The notes beneath the pieces are model-generated. The model was not told the origin of the DNA. It saw nothing but the letters and a program-made list of their open reading frames with translations, and did not search any database. The translations under genes were made by a program, and so were the position numbers. From positions 28,520,001 through 28,584,000 of the forward strand of contig NC_047025.1 of the NCBI RefSeq assembly GCF_902652985.1: DNA of 64,000 bases. The letters run 5' to 3'. The DNA is from Pecten maximus. Its lineage: Eukaryota. Below are positions 1 to 12,582 of this stretch, piece after piece (within the stretch, counting starts at the first letter, position 1; every line of letters starts with the position of its first letter).

Positions 1-280
1 AATATACTATATTTACATTTAGATCTCAGACATAAAACATACAACAATCACATTTAGGTTTCAGCCATTAAATTATACAATATTTACATTTAGATTTCTG
101 CCATCAAACAGAAATAATATTCACATTTAGATTTCATTTAGATTTCGCCCACAAATCATACAATGTTCACATACATATTTTAGATATAAAACATACAATA
201 TTTAGATTTCGGCCATAAAACATACAATATTCACATTTATATTTTGGCCATTTATATTACAATATTTACATTTTCAGAGA
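1..280. repeat. Degenerate ~35-bp tandem repeat (intronic; may extend upstream of the window)
   Basis: Recurrent CATTTAGATTTC.GCCATAAAACATACAATATT.A; ttag.t at 20, 55, 90 and 127. Confidence 0.8.
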
Positions 281-3200
281 CTATGTACACCAATGAGTTA
301 ACATGTTTCCAGAAACTTCCAATTACCATGCCAAATGTTCGTTAATTCTACCTTTGTTGGAAAACTTGGCAAGATCCATGTTAACTGTAACTTTGCTCTT
401 GGTACATTAGGAAAATATGAAATATAATGTAATATATATATATATGTATGTATGCGTGTTGGCAATGAATAAATAAAACAAAACAAAATAATGCTTTATC
501 ATGGATGCAAGTACCATTTTTGTCAAAGAGAATAAATGAAACATTTAACAACATATTGCAAAAACGGAATTAGCAAATTTTTAACTCATAAAATATTGAA
601 ATATTGCACTTGGATGTATGTGTGTGTGTGCTTGTTGGATACTGATGACGTCACGAGGACATTGTGACGATCGATATTACCAAGGTTGTCCGACTGATGA
701 CGCGCTGGCCTGTATTAACTTTGACAAGCATAAACGGTGTGCGCCACTTCTCCGCAATGATACGCCGATAATTTGAGCAAATCCCTGTGGAGCCAGTTGG
801 TTAAGAAACATATTTGTATGACCACGCTCGGACGTGTTGCCAAAGTGACGCGCGCACGGGGGTAATGGGACCAATTCCTACGCCGATTCCGACGGGTCCT
901 ATCACTGCAGTCAAACCCCTGACCTTATCACCGTCAACTATCGTTTTACAGTGCTGCATGTGATTCCCTGTTAACTTCTCACAACAAAATACGAAATTTA
1001 GACGCGATGTTTACCCCGATGGATTAATCTGTCAATATTATGTAAATAAGGCACGGAAACTCGACAATGTAGTCCTATCGGCGATGGCGATCAAACGGAC
1101 ATTAAACCCGCGATCATTGGCCGACATTGGTGGAAATTAAAACGAAATATGAACCATAACTATTGATGTGCAAACATCAATTCCTAATTTGTAGGAATTA
1201 TAGACATCTAACATACAACAATACGATTCTCCTATACTGGGTAAACTCAAATAGCTCCAAATTACTCTCAATTGGTTTAAAACGGAACGGTTTTAAACAT
1301 CTGCCAAAAATCTAGTTATCATTGTACCGTACAAACATGCAAGTAATGTATTGTGGAAATATTGGCAAGGCGATAAAATCTTGAAAACAATATGTGGGTA
1401 TAGAAAGATATACTTAAAGTCAAATTGATGTCGATTTCGACTGAATATGTTATGTCATTAAAACTCATCAAGATCGGTTCTCCCGTTTTTCCTGTAGCAG
1501 ATAGATATATTTCCCATACAACAACTTCCTCTTTCCCAGTCCCAGAAGTATTTGAGTACTTTCTGCCAATCCTACGTTGCATCTGTAGTTTTATATTTCC
1601 TCTCACCGAGAGATGATTTTGATATACTTTCGTTGTAATAAAACTGTCAAACGTTTTAATTTGCAGTATCGAGATACTGCCTCGTGCGTGCAACATGCTC
1701 TTCATCAACTGACTCCCAGTGCGTACATTCTGCATCTCATCGTATTTGTTTCAACATTAACGACTTTTTCATTGTTTCTTTTCGATTTACTATTCTTTCA
1801 CATGGTTTTTAAAATTCAACATTTGTGAAGTAAAACTATGCTTGGTCATTAACACGTTCATCACTGTAAAACCAGTACCAATTATACCTAATAAACCAAA
1901 CCTTACACAACTAATACCGTACCGACACTAAAAAGCTTAAACATTTTATTTAAAACCTCAATTATTTCACGTTTATTTATTAATCTATTATTTATTAATT
2001 TATGGGTTGTTGTTTTTTCCTTTTTATGACCAAACTGCAATACAGGTGCGCCGTTAGTTTACAAATGTCGCTCATTAAGGAGATCTCGCATTAGAAATTT
2101 CATATCTTTAATTAATGCACGGTTTTGTACGTTCCTATTGGAGCAGATCTGTATTTTTGATGATATATTTGTTGTTGTCGTCGTCGCTAGTTTTTTTTTT
2201 AAAGTTTCTTGACAGTAATTTTTATCTTTTGTTTCTCACCAGAGCATCTGGTATTGTTGTTTTTCTTCCATATTTTCATGATCATTTTATCAATAGATAT
2301 GAGGTGGTAACTGGGAACTACGTGACAATCTTAGAATTTGTTTTCCCTAGATCCCTGAGACATTAAAATACTGTTACGGGATATTACCTCTCTCCGTTTA
2401 ACTTAATAAACAGCTTTATTGACAGTTGGTCAAACATCGACTCAAATCAATTTGAGCCTTGTTATAGAAATACGACTGTTAATGGGCAGTCAATGTGATA
2501 GATGTCTTTCTTGACCACAAGACATGTGGATGGTCACTGGTGCCTTTATTTGTCTCGTGCGTCGTCAGTTGTCCGGCCAGTTGACCAGTCGTCTATCCTG
2601 TCCTCGTCAGATGTCCCTAGTGTCCCGGTCGGTTCCCTCTCTATTTAATTATCCGCATTAATGTAGCAATTATATCACAATGATGGGAAGGCAATGGAAA
2701 TCAAAATGGTCGTCGGGAGTGTGTCGGTTGTAAATTGCCTTTCAATTGTGATGTAACACAACACTGCCCGAGGGACATCGGTACTATCAACAATGAAAAC
2801 AATGAAGAAACATTATCAGTAACACCAAACCTTTGTATCTCATGTGTGAAGATGGGCTCTGCTCTATCTATAGGCTGACACGAGAGGGGTACCGAGTATC
2901 AATCACGCCTAATGATAGTGTACCGAGTGTGAGGGGGCACGGGAGCGAGAGTACCTGTCCGTTCGGTCGGTTCGCATGACATTCGCTAGTTTATGTGTTT
3001 TACGGCCGAAAATACTACTTCCCTCTTCGTACCACGTGGAAATCCTCACAAGTCCGCAATAAATCACCACCATATAGATTAAAACAAATGTACTGGGGGT
3101 CAGGGGTAGATCCCGCAGTAGCTACGGGTCACGCCTCCGGAGATATTGCCGGTGTGGGTTACCTCCCGAACTACCACAGATGCCGACAACGATTACTAGG

Positions 3201-4239
3201 GGGCGTGCTCATCGCTAGACATTTGACCGATAGTCAATAACGTTTGTCTAAATGTTTTTGAAAAACACAATTTTTCAAGAATTATGTTTCTGAACTGACT
3301 GCCCGTAGGTCGTTTAAGGTCAGCATTGACCACCGCTGTAGTATCACAGTAGGGTTTTACAAAAGTAAAAAAGATATTTTTCCTTTCAAATTAACTAGAG
3401 TTTTCCCTGGCACCGCTACTGATTTATATGGGAAAACATAAGTGGTGGAAATGTTGTTAATACATCATTTGATTTAATAGAAATATAAACACAGAAGTTT
3501 TCCACAGAACGACAAAGGCCACTTCACCACATATGTAAAACTGCCCTGTTGACCTGTTTGTCATTTGTAAGGAAATACATTTAGATACAGGTGTTTTTGT
3601 GCGATAGACATTATATATCGTTAAGTTATTTAAAATACATTTTTTGGCGTCTCTTTCATAAACACCTTTATTTTCCATCTTTGATGACTTGAATTAAAAT
3701 ATTTTTATCACTGATTCCGTGAGAACAAAACAAATATTAAAAGGAACTAAAGAAAAATCTGAGCAAAAGCAAAGGCATTAAAATGTTTTATTAAAGAAAT
3801 TGGTAAAAAAAATTATATATCGACTTTTTCACATTTGCATAAATTGAATATTTGAATTTTAATAATTATTCAACTTTTATTTGATGATAATAAACGAAAA
3901 ACTACACCAAATATTCTCTCATTTGTAGTGTAATTAAGATATATACGTGTAAATAAAAACAACAATAATCTCGTTATTCAACAGTATAAAACAAAACAAC
4001 TGGAAAAAGAAGAAAAAATATTGTTATCAACGGTAAATACCGATATATGGATGATGTAATGAATGAAGATACACAAGAGATTGGATTCAGTCTATTGTTG
4101 GTGTCATATGCAATACAAACGTTCTGCTGAGGCCGCACTCATTATCTAAATACTTACAACATTTACCACAACCCCGCCTGGAGTTTCTGACATACAGCTC
4201 TGCTTTCGTTCACCTATCAAACCACAAGTACCCAACAAC

Positions 4240-4535
4240 AGGTGTCATAACCAGATACGCTGTTTACCAATACGTAATATCTACCTAGCTCTGATAGCTA
4301 CACTCCTGTAAAGTCCAAGGCAGGTTGGTACAGTGACACCCCCTCCTCTGTGACACTCCCCTACCCCCTACTCCGACACGTGGTTAGTGTGTACAGTGAC
4401 ACTCTCACACTGACAGGTGAACTCGAGTGTGGAGGGGAGCATCTGGTGGACAGATAAGGCACAATCTCCCCTTAATTACCGGGTAATCATGACAACATTG
4501 CACCCTCCACTCACACCAATACACATGGAGATAAG
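4240..4535. promoter_or_regulatory. Candidate intronic enhancer with T-box-like and GATA motifs
   Basis: AGGTGTCA at 4240; GTGACAC at 4333, 4350 and 4396; TCACAC at 4405; AGATAAG at 4452 and 4529. Lies in a GC-richer island. Confidence 0.3.
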
Positions 4536-4971
4536 GAACTATCACACAAATATTCCGAGAATGCTGTTATAGAAACCTTCACTGTTTCCTTCCTTTGTTT
4601 TTATTGTTTTCTTTTGCAAAATATCATATTGACCTTTGGAAATGCGTCAAATTGTAACTGCATGCAACCTTTACTTATTTTACAACAATTGCGAAACAAG
4701 TTTCATCACATTTTTACCTGTGAAATATCGGAAATTATTTATTCTATAAAAAAATTTCTGATTTGACCAATCAAAACACTGCTTACAAACGACAATGGTG
4801 GACATTATTGCATGTCGCTCTCCGTCATGTTATATGAATTCATAAAGCAAGATAGTATACAAAACGTCACGATGTTTGAGCTGTTGACAGGGGACCGCAC
4901 AGAATACTATAATAGATTGAGCTAACTCATTACATTTTGCTATTAAATGTAATAAACAAAATACAGTATCT

Positions 4972-5051
4972 TCAGTAATACCAAATATATTTAACTCGTG
5001 AAAAATATCAAAATATCAGCCACAATCGTGAAATATATTTGGTATTACTGA
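4972..5051. repeat. Perfect 21-bp inverted repeat with 38-bp spacer (probable end of a non-autonomous DNA element)
   Basis: TCAGTAATACCAAATATATTT (4972-4992) and AAATATATTTGGTATTACTGA (5031-5051). Confidence 0.8.
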
Positions 5052-6352
5052 CGTTAGATATCCTCTATACATTGACTTGTATAAACCTCTCTTGTTAGCC
5101 CGATGAGTTTTTACAGTGGGAGAAACACAAGAAAACCAACGTGGTCAGGCAGGTGACCTCCAACCCCTGTAACGGTTGTAACAGTTCGTACTGGTCACGG
5201 AGAATATGCTGTGTATCTAGCAGACATTTTACAACGTTGACTTACAAAAATGACTTCGCATGTCTATCACTAAAGATGAAACAAAGGGTCCGTGATGATA
5301 ACACTAACTAAATGCATACCCATGATATAACCCAAACAATTGTCACCATAAACACGATTTAACAGAGAAAGAACTTGGCAAATAAATTATAAAGACAAAC
5401 ACAATCGTATTTCTTCACTGTGTACATATTAAGCTACATTCCTTTAAGATTATGCAAGACTCGGTCAAATTTGAAAATTATTCTACTGCGATCCTTTGCA
5501 ATACGTTAGGCGTTCACCAAGAGGGCCTGGAGACAGCGTGATTACCATTTGGACGGGGTGATCGCTCACACCGGTAATGACGTGTTTCCACCTCAAAACG
5601 AAGCATGTATCAATCTGGAACAACATTTACCAGGACTTTTTTCTAATACCGTTCTCAGTATGTGTTGAGATGAACATCCGTGATAGCATTAAGTTCATTT
5701 GCATTCTTGTTGCCTTACGTAAATGTTTTTCGTACCTAGATTGATTATGTTTGTATGCGTTAAAGAATGATTTGATTTAATATAGACCTAAAAGACAACT
5801 AATGACTTGTGGTCTTCTATGTACTTTTATTTGGGGTCACAGATGTCATCAAACAATGTTGTATAGTCTATTGGCACCATGGATAGAACACGTGAAACAA
5901 AGCCACCTAGAACACCACTCAACTTAAACTTGACTGATGCTTGATTTCCAGTGCTACCTCCCAGATTCCCCAGCATATTCTAATGCCAATATTCTTAGCT
6001 CGTAAACTGCTTGTATTTTAATATGAAATATTTGATTATTACGACAAAGATATCGTCATTGCTTGATTCTTAATCTAAAATGAAGTAAGATTAAATAAAA
6101 ATGTCCTGTCATTTCTAGGCCCTCTATAGCCTAGATGTTACACTCCTTTGTCCCCACTGCTTGACTTTCTTCATGTTTATTATCCTTACTGACTCTGAAA
6201 ATCTCTTTACTTACCAATGGCGTAATATTTCAAGATATCAAAAATGACTTATCTCAAGGTGTACAATTTTTACTTTGAATCTTGAAATATAACATAGTTG
6301 ACTCTGCATATATCTGGATCCGCATTTTGTATCCTTTCTTTTAAAATTCCAG

Positions 6353-6626
6353 GCGGATGTTTCCTACTCTTCGGGTGTCATTCACGGGAGTTGACCCCGA
6401 GGTCAGGTATATGGTGCTGATGGATATAGTTCCGGTTGACAACAAGCGTTACAGATACGCCTACCACCGGTCATCATGGTTGGTGGCCGGAAAAGCTGAC
6501 CCGCCACTCCCGACCAGACTTTACATGCACCCTGACTCTCCGTTCACGGGAGAACAACTCCAAAAACAGACCGTCTCATTTGAAAAACTGAAATTAACAA
6601 ACAATATGTTGGATAAAAATGGACAT
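6353..6626 (+). CDS. TBX20: Tbx20-family T-box transcription factor, internal exon (central T-box)
   Basis: Acceptor ttccag ends at 6352 and donor gtaagt starts at 6627. Encodes (R)[115 protein letters not shown] is a Tbx20/midline/H15 signature. The ATG at 6357 is internal, not the start codon. Confidence 0.97.
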
Positions 6627-7285
6627 GTAAGTAGAAGTATGATTATATTGTTATGATATTCATATTTTTTTCAATATGGAAAAAAAATTATTGTCATTGT
6701 TAAAAAAAAAAATTATGATAATTTAATAGTACTCTTTAAATAGTGAAGTTGGATCCAAAGAAGTTTAACATTCGCCATCCGAAATAAGATATCACCATCA
6801 CTGATAACACCTTCAGTATCTGATATAACAATACGACATACACCTACAGAGTACGTACCGATGTGTTTAAGATTAGTGAGATTTTAATAGGAGCGTCATG
6901 CACCTCTGTGAGATTTATTTCACTTACGTTGTGAAATTATTTCTGGTTTTATAATCCAATTGCCTTCAAGTTTAAGTTCACGAAAGTCTTTAAAAAGGGA
7001 TCATTCGAACGAAAGTAAACAATCCTGTCTTCTAAATAAACGCAATGTCTACAATGAAAAGGTACATACACCACCCTTCCCTTTAGAGTCAATTCACTTC
7101 CCAACATTTGTCTCGTTGAAGATGAACTGGCGCGGGATCTATCGTATAGAGCTTGCCTGTAAATACGACTGTCTTAGGTGGCTAAATCTCGCGATTAAAT
7201 GCTAAGTATAGGCGGCGCTGTCAAGGGGATGAGTGTTCGAAGTAATTGAGAAATTCTGTAATGTATCTGTTTCATTTTATTCCAG

Positions 7286-7453
7286 ATTATATTGAATTCA
7301 ATGCATAAATACCAGCCGAGAATTCACATTGTGAGAAAGAAGGAGTCGATTTCTAATCAGACCTCCATTACTAGTCTAGATGCTGAGGAATTCAAGACCT
7401 TCGTCTTCACGGAGAGTGTGTTTATCGGGGTGACGGCCTACCAGAACCAACTG
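7286..7453 (+). CDS. TBX20: Tbx20 exon (T-box)
   Basis: ttccag|ATT ... CTG|gtgagt, 168 nt, phase 0/0. Encodes [56 protein letters not shown]. Confidence 0.97.
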
Positions 7454-7777
7454 GTGAGTGTATCCGGTTTAAGTCCCGTGCATGTGTCAAACACGGGGAA
7501 CGTGGCTTTCCTGTACTCTTTACTAGCGCAAGTGCTTCCAGGCTCGTAAAACGGCATCTTACGCCACATTCAACACTGCCACCTTCCTACATATAACGCT
7601 CTCAACTCCCCTCGTATCTCGTTACGGCATACAGACGTTCTTTAAATCATTGCTGAATTTTGGCCAAAATGCTTGTAAACACTCGGAAATTTCCTACTCA
7701 ATAGTCTTCATTTGACATTTATGTTTGCTGTTCTTATGTATTTCACCAATTTGCAATGGAAATTTTGTGTTCCGCAG

Positions 7778-7854
7778 ATCACTAAGCTGAAGATTGATAG
7801 CAACCCGTTTGCGAAAGGATTCCGGGATTCGACAAGACTGACAGAGTTTGAAAG
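7778..7854 (+). CDS. TBX20: Tbx20 exon (end of T-box)
   Basis: ccgcag|ATC ... GAAAG|gtataa, 77 nt. Encodes ITKLKIDSNPFAKGFRDSTRLTEFE(R). Absent from the ORF track. Confidence 0.96.
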
Positions 7855-9470
7855 GTATAATTTGTACTAGTGTTACGAATCATCACACAATCACTGGGCC
7901 ACGGGGAACAATAAGGGGCTTCGTCACCAAATACCACCATTACATGTCGGGTTGTTCGGAAAGGAAAATTGTAGAACTTTATTACTTTAAAATCGTTCGT
8001 CTACGTCTTATAATAATAACAACCGAATTGCATATATATATATATATTTTTAAAGGGGAAAACAGGAAAGAAAATAGAAAATCGGTCTTCGATTTTTATG
8101 GTAAATGGACAGTAAGGATGCGTTTTCTACAAAGCATGGCTTTTAAAGTTACACACTGATGACGTTTACAAAGGGGTCAACATTCGGCGATCTTATAAAC
8201 TCGATGCAAATTACTCTTCATGTGTGGTGTCCATTCATGCAGTTATAAGTTTAACGTTGCTAGCTGTGACTAATATTCTTTATAATCACTATATCAAAGA
8301 TATTATTACGGAGTTTATAATTCATTTAAGGTTATCGTTCTATGTAAAGAGTTAGAAGACAAAAATAATAATATGTTCATCATCTAGAATATGACTAGAA
8401 GGACTGAGCTATTGGTAAATAGTTGAATCAGTTTGATATCCACATGTTAAAACTGAGATCACAGTCTTGATAGACATGGGTTTGGAGGGTGAGATTATTT
8501 CGCTGTTTTTGTACCAAATGCTTTCAGGTTTGAGCGATAAATACGTAAATCATAGTAATCTTTGATGGGAACACAAATTGTGTGTGAATTTTTCATGAGT
8601 TTTGGATGTAAGTGAGAGTGTGGTCAGGACGTATATGTAAAATGGGGTCATCACTATTCGTGTCGTACACATCCACGAAATGTACGTGCATCCAACCGTT
8701 TAAGCTTATTTCAGCCTTGATGATGGGTTGGCACTGTCAACGCGTAGTCTCCACAGATCTATCTTACGACGGCACCGCGATCGTCCGCAACTTAACACAC
8801 TGTTTTAAGAGATTGACTCTCACATGGGAATATGTCTCTTCCAATACATTGTAAATAAGTTTACACTGTCCTACACTGTTTTCGTTTCTACCGAATAGAT
8901 TTTAGGAAATAACAACTGATCAATTGTGCAGCTAATTCAAATGTCCTTTTTTCATATTTCGTTTTACGATCATGTTATTTATGTTTATTAACAACATCGA
9001 TTTATATTGGCATATATTTATATTTGTATCTTGCTTTACGCCACTTTGTTGGTTCACAGGTTTATTCAACGTCATCACTTTATGTTTATTACATGTCTAC
9101 TTTGCGTCATCGTTTTATGTTGTTATACATGTCTACGTTACCTCAGCATTTCATGTTGGTATGCATGCTTTGTATATATTATTGCAATTATTGATGCGGT
9201 GAATACGTATACTTCAGGTAAATTGCTGCAATTTTGATGGTTCTTTAAACAGTTTTTTAAACAAAAATATTTCGCGTCTGCTTTCAGGTATTAATCGTAT
9301 GATACATGTATAACAACATGCTCTACGTGCGCAATGATTACACCTAACCCAATGTGTGCCTAACCAAGAATGTACATGACCCCACGGCACCTGACCACTC
9401 ATCATTTGCCTTGATTTTTATTTTTTTCATAAAGTCCATCTGCCTCTGACCACGTCTTTCTTAAATACAG

Positions 9471-9586
9471 AGAAAGTATGGAGACGCTGATCCAGCAGCA
9501 TACATATGCCCGGTCACCACTCCGGTCCTATACAGACGCCGAGCTGGAGGAGTCCCTCAAACAACACCGAGAGTTTCTTGCCAAAG
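9471..9586 (+). CDS. TBX20: Tbx20 exon (post-T-box conserved segment)
   Basis: atacag|A GAA AGT ... AAA G|gtacat, 116 nt. Encodes (R)ESMETLIQQHTYARSPLRSYTDAELEESLKQHREFLAK, similar to the vertebrate TBX20 segment ESVESLIQKHSYARSPIRTY. Phase matches both neighbouring exons. Confidence 0.92.
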
Positions 9587-9740
9587 GTACATACGTTATA
9601 AAATATTCAAAACAACAGTTCCTAGCCAAAGGCACATACTTTATACATTGTTGTTTTAAATCTCTAAACAGCAGTTCCTCGCCAAAGGTACATATTATTT
9701 TATACATTGTTGTTTCACAATCTTTAAACAACAATTCCTC
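9556..9740 (+). repeat. Degenerate tandem copies of the Tbx20 exon end and splice donor
   Basis: AAACA.CA..GTT(T/C)CT.GCCAAAGG(T/C)ACATA recurs, with the exon-end-equivalent G at 9586, 9631 and 9687, plus a partial fourth copy. Confidence 0.85.
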
Positions 9741-12199
9741 TGTTTGTTACACTTTTTTGCCAAATGTTTCGGAAAATATCGCAAGATTTTTTTTTAAACT
9801 ACTGGTTATATTGAATTTGAAAAGGAAATTTCTTTTTATTGCTAAATATTATACCCGTAATGCGTAATTTATAGCAGATTTGCCAATTTATCTCATTTTT
9901 GTCTATTTTGTCGATCTTTTTACCTCACGAGTTCCAAGTATTTTTTGGCTGCATTTGTTTAAATTTTCGACATATTTTTATCTGAAACATTGTTTTAGAC
10001 ATCAAGATTAGTGGTTGGTCAGTGTATTTTGTGAGTTGATGATGTAATCAATTTTCATTTACCATCAAAACTGTCAGTTACGGCATGAATAATCTTACAT
10101 TGTTTATTAGGTATAAACAGATATTAACTGCTATATACAGTGTTCTGTTTCAACGAGACAACTTATCTCACACAAGTTGAATTTTGGTTAATTTGAGGAT
10201 TACATTTGTGATCCGGGTATTACAATTTAATTTTTGTGTATACTGTAATGCTTGTGTCTCATTTCGTTTATGTTTCACGTTTAGTTTCCAGAGGGTCAAT
10301 ATTCTTTTCGTTGTTAGTTTTAATTATACAATTTCATTTCTATGATTATGTATACTTGACATATAAATATGCTGCATTCAATATCAATGCATTATTAAAT
10401 GAATATGAATTAATGTAATATTATTTACCTTTTATAAATCTTACTTCGCTATAAAAACGTTTCAAATAAAGTTACTGACTATCAGCTGTTATATAAAATT
10501 GTACTTGTGGGAAGCATTGGCATATATGACATCATTCAGAATACTTAAGGTGACAAAAATTACAGGATCAATACGAAATCAACTCATGCAACTGGTAGCA
10601 GCTGATCACAAGAAAAACTTCCTTTATGACAAATATTACAACAATAGCAATAAAACATTCCCATTATAACTAATTACAATGCAAAACATCTCCATTTTAA
10701 CCAATAATAATTGTCAAAATAAAAAAGTCAGATTTAGAGAAAATATTATATGGTGTATATATGGTTGCAAACAACATCATTTGTGATTAAGTAAATTATT
10801 TCAAATTAAAAAAAAAAACTTCCAAACGTCAAATGGATTTGTTTCTAGAAATGTATACAAGACGACAGCACATATGAAATTAACAACACTTGCATGCTTC
10901 AATTGTTTCCGAATCAAAAATGGATAGTTTTTTTTTTTTTTTTTTTGTTATACTAAACTTTTTAACATATTATCATTCTATCACTCATGGTTGTCGAATC
11001 CTCTATGAACTGTTATCTTGTTTTGGCTTTAACGCTTGTAACATTTAGTGGTTAACCACTCAGTATTCCCCACAATGATACCAGCGTATCCCCCCACCTA
11101 TCACTGTACTTTACTGGTACAGTTACAATTAAACTGATACGATATACTGTATCAACATACAGGATAGAAACCTTCCAAATGAACAAAAAATAACAATATC
11201 AATTAAAAGAGATGGACCACTGTTGCATTCTTTCATTTCGACATCGCCCAAATGCTTTGACACCTTAAACCTCTCTCCCTGTGTTGGATACATTTGTATT
11301 GGCCTTGTCATTATGGTTGAAGGACCATATCTATGTTTTTTACTTTTATTTCTCGATTACGACCTGATCGTTTACAACTGAGGCGATTCATCACAGAGTC
11401 CATAACGAGTCTATAGGTGTACATTTACAAACAAGCTCATGGCTTGCAGGTGGTCCAAAATATAAACATAAAACCTACTGTTAATTCAGGTTTCCGCGCG
11501 AGGCTTCCGTAAAGGTGTCAGACTTATATACGGATCGCTTCAATGCTTCGCTAAGAAATGCCCTTCGTGTTCAAATAATATTTTTACTAATAGTTTCGCG
11601 TGTTTAATTTGCCTTGTGACTTCAAATGAAGAGGGGTGTCTGCTTCGTTTCGCCCAATGTTTTTGTGTGGTCCCTTTGGGTCATATGTGGCTAATCAGCA
11701 GGAACCCAAACCGCAAACTTTAACCCGACTACGTTTTAAGGATACTTCATGCACCTGTTTCAAAATCAAAAGAATATTTTCACAATATGGCCTGATTTCT
11801 TTCATCACACACATTCTCATCGCCGCATCCCCAGTTAATTTGTTAACCAACTAAACTCCAACGTTGTTAGCGTGTGTACACACGTTTGAAGTATTATTCG
11901 CAAACAAATATTGCTTTTATTTCTTTCATATTTTATGAGTATTTTTATAGAAAATACACCGATTTCAATATAAAGTCGTTGTGATAGCATCAATGCAAGT
12001 TCGATGACACAACGTAATCACAGAAAACAAACATTACAATCACAAACATTACGACAACAAATTAAACATTTAAAAGGTTACGACTTAATCACTGGTACAG
12101 GTAATTGATTTTTGTTTTCATGCTTCAAATATTCATTTTATTAGTCTTAATTCCTATTTCTCAGGTTATCTAATTATTTTTACATTTTATATATTCCAG

Positions 12200-12582
12200 A
12201 AGAGACAGAAAAACAAGGAATGCTACCTCATCCACACTTTCCAATATGGCGGCCTATTCCCTCGTCTGTGATGGGGTCCTCCGCCGGTGCTTCCTCTTAC
12301 ATGCCTAATGACAGTAGATCATTGTACGCCCTCTATGGCGGTTTATTTGGACTTCATAACTCCAGCTTTGTTTTTCCAACTGTGGCGTTTCATCCGTTTG
12401 TTAGTGCCAATAATCTCCGAATGAGAGAATCCATGCCCGGAAGTGTATCATACTCATCGTCTTCGGAAACCCCCGGACTCCCTTATCCCGCATCTATGTA
12501 CAGATATCACCCATATTTATCACCTGAAAAGATGGCACAAAAAAGTTCGGACTCCTCCGTAGTGGATAGTTGTCGACCCTAA
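12200..12582 (+). CDS. TBX20: Tbx20 terminal coding exon (Pro/Ser-rich C-terminus)
   Basis: Acceptor ttccag ends at 12199. The phase-1 join reads EETEKQG in frame with ORF 12220..12582 (MLPHPHFPIWRP...YRYHPYLSPEK...CRP*). Stop TAA at 12580-12582. Confidence 0.85.

Noticed and set aside
642-676. CTGATGA followed by a hairpin as a hammerhead
   Set aside because: No GAAA after the stem and no stems I/III; better read as a CRE (TGACGTCA at 646-653).
5140-5158. TCAGGCAG|gtgacc as the missing upstream T-box exon ending in SGR
   Set aside because: The upstream frame reads PTWSGR, not EMIITKSGR; the 5' exons are outside the window.
9587-9867. Read-through part of ORF 9478..9867 as coding
   Set aside because: Beyond the donor it is AT-rich intron with duplicated donor copies; only an alternative-splice possibility.
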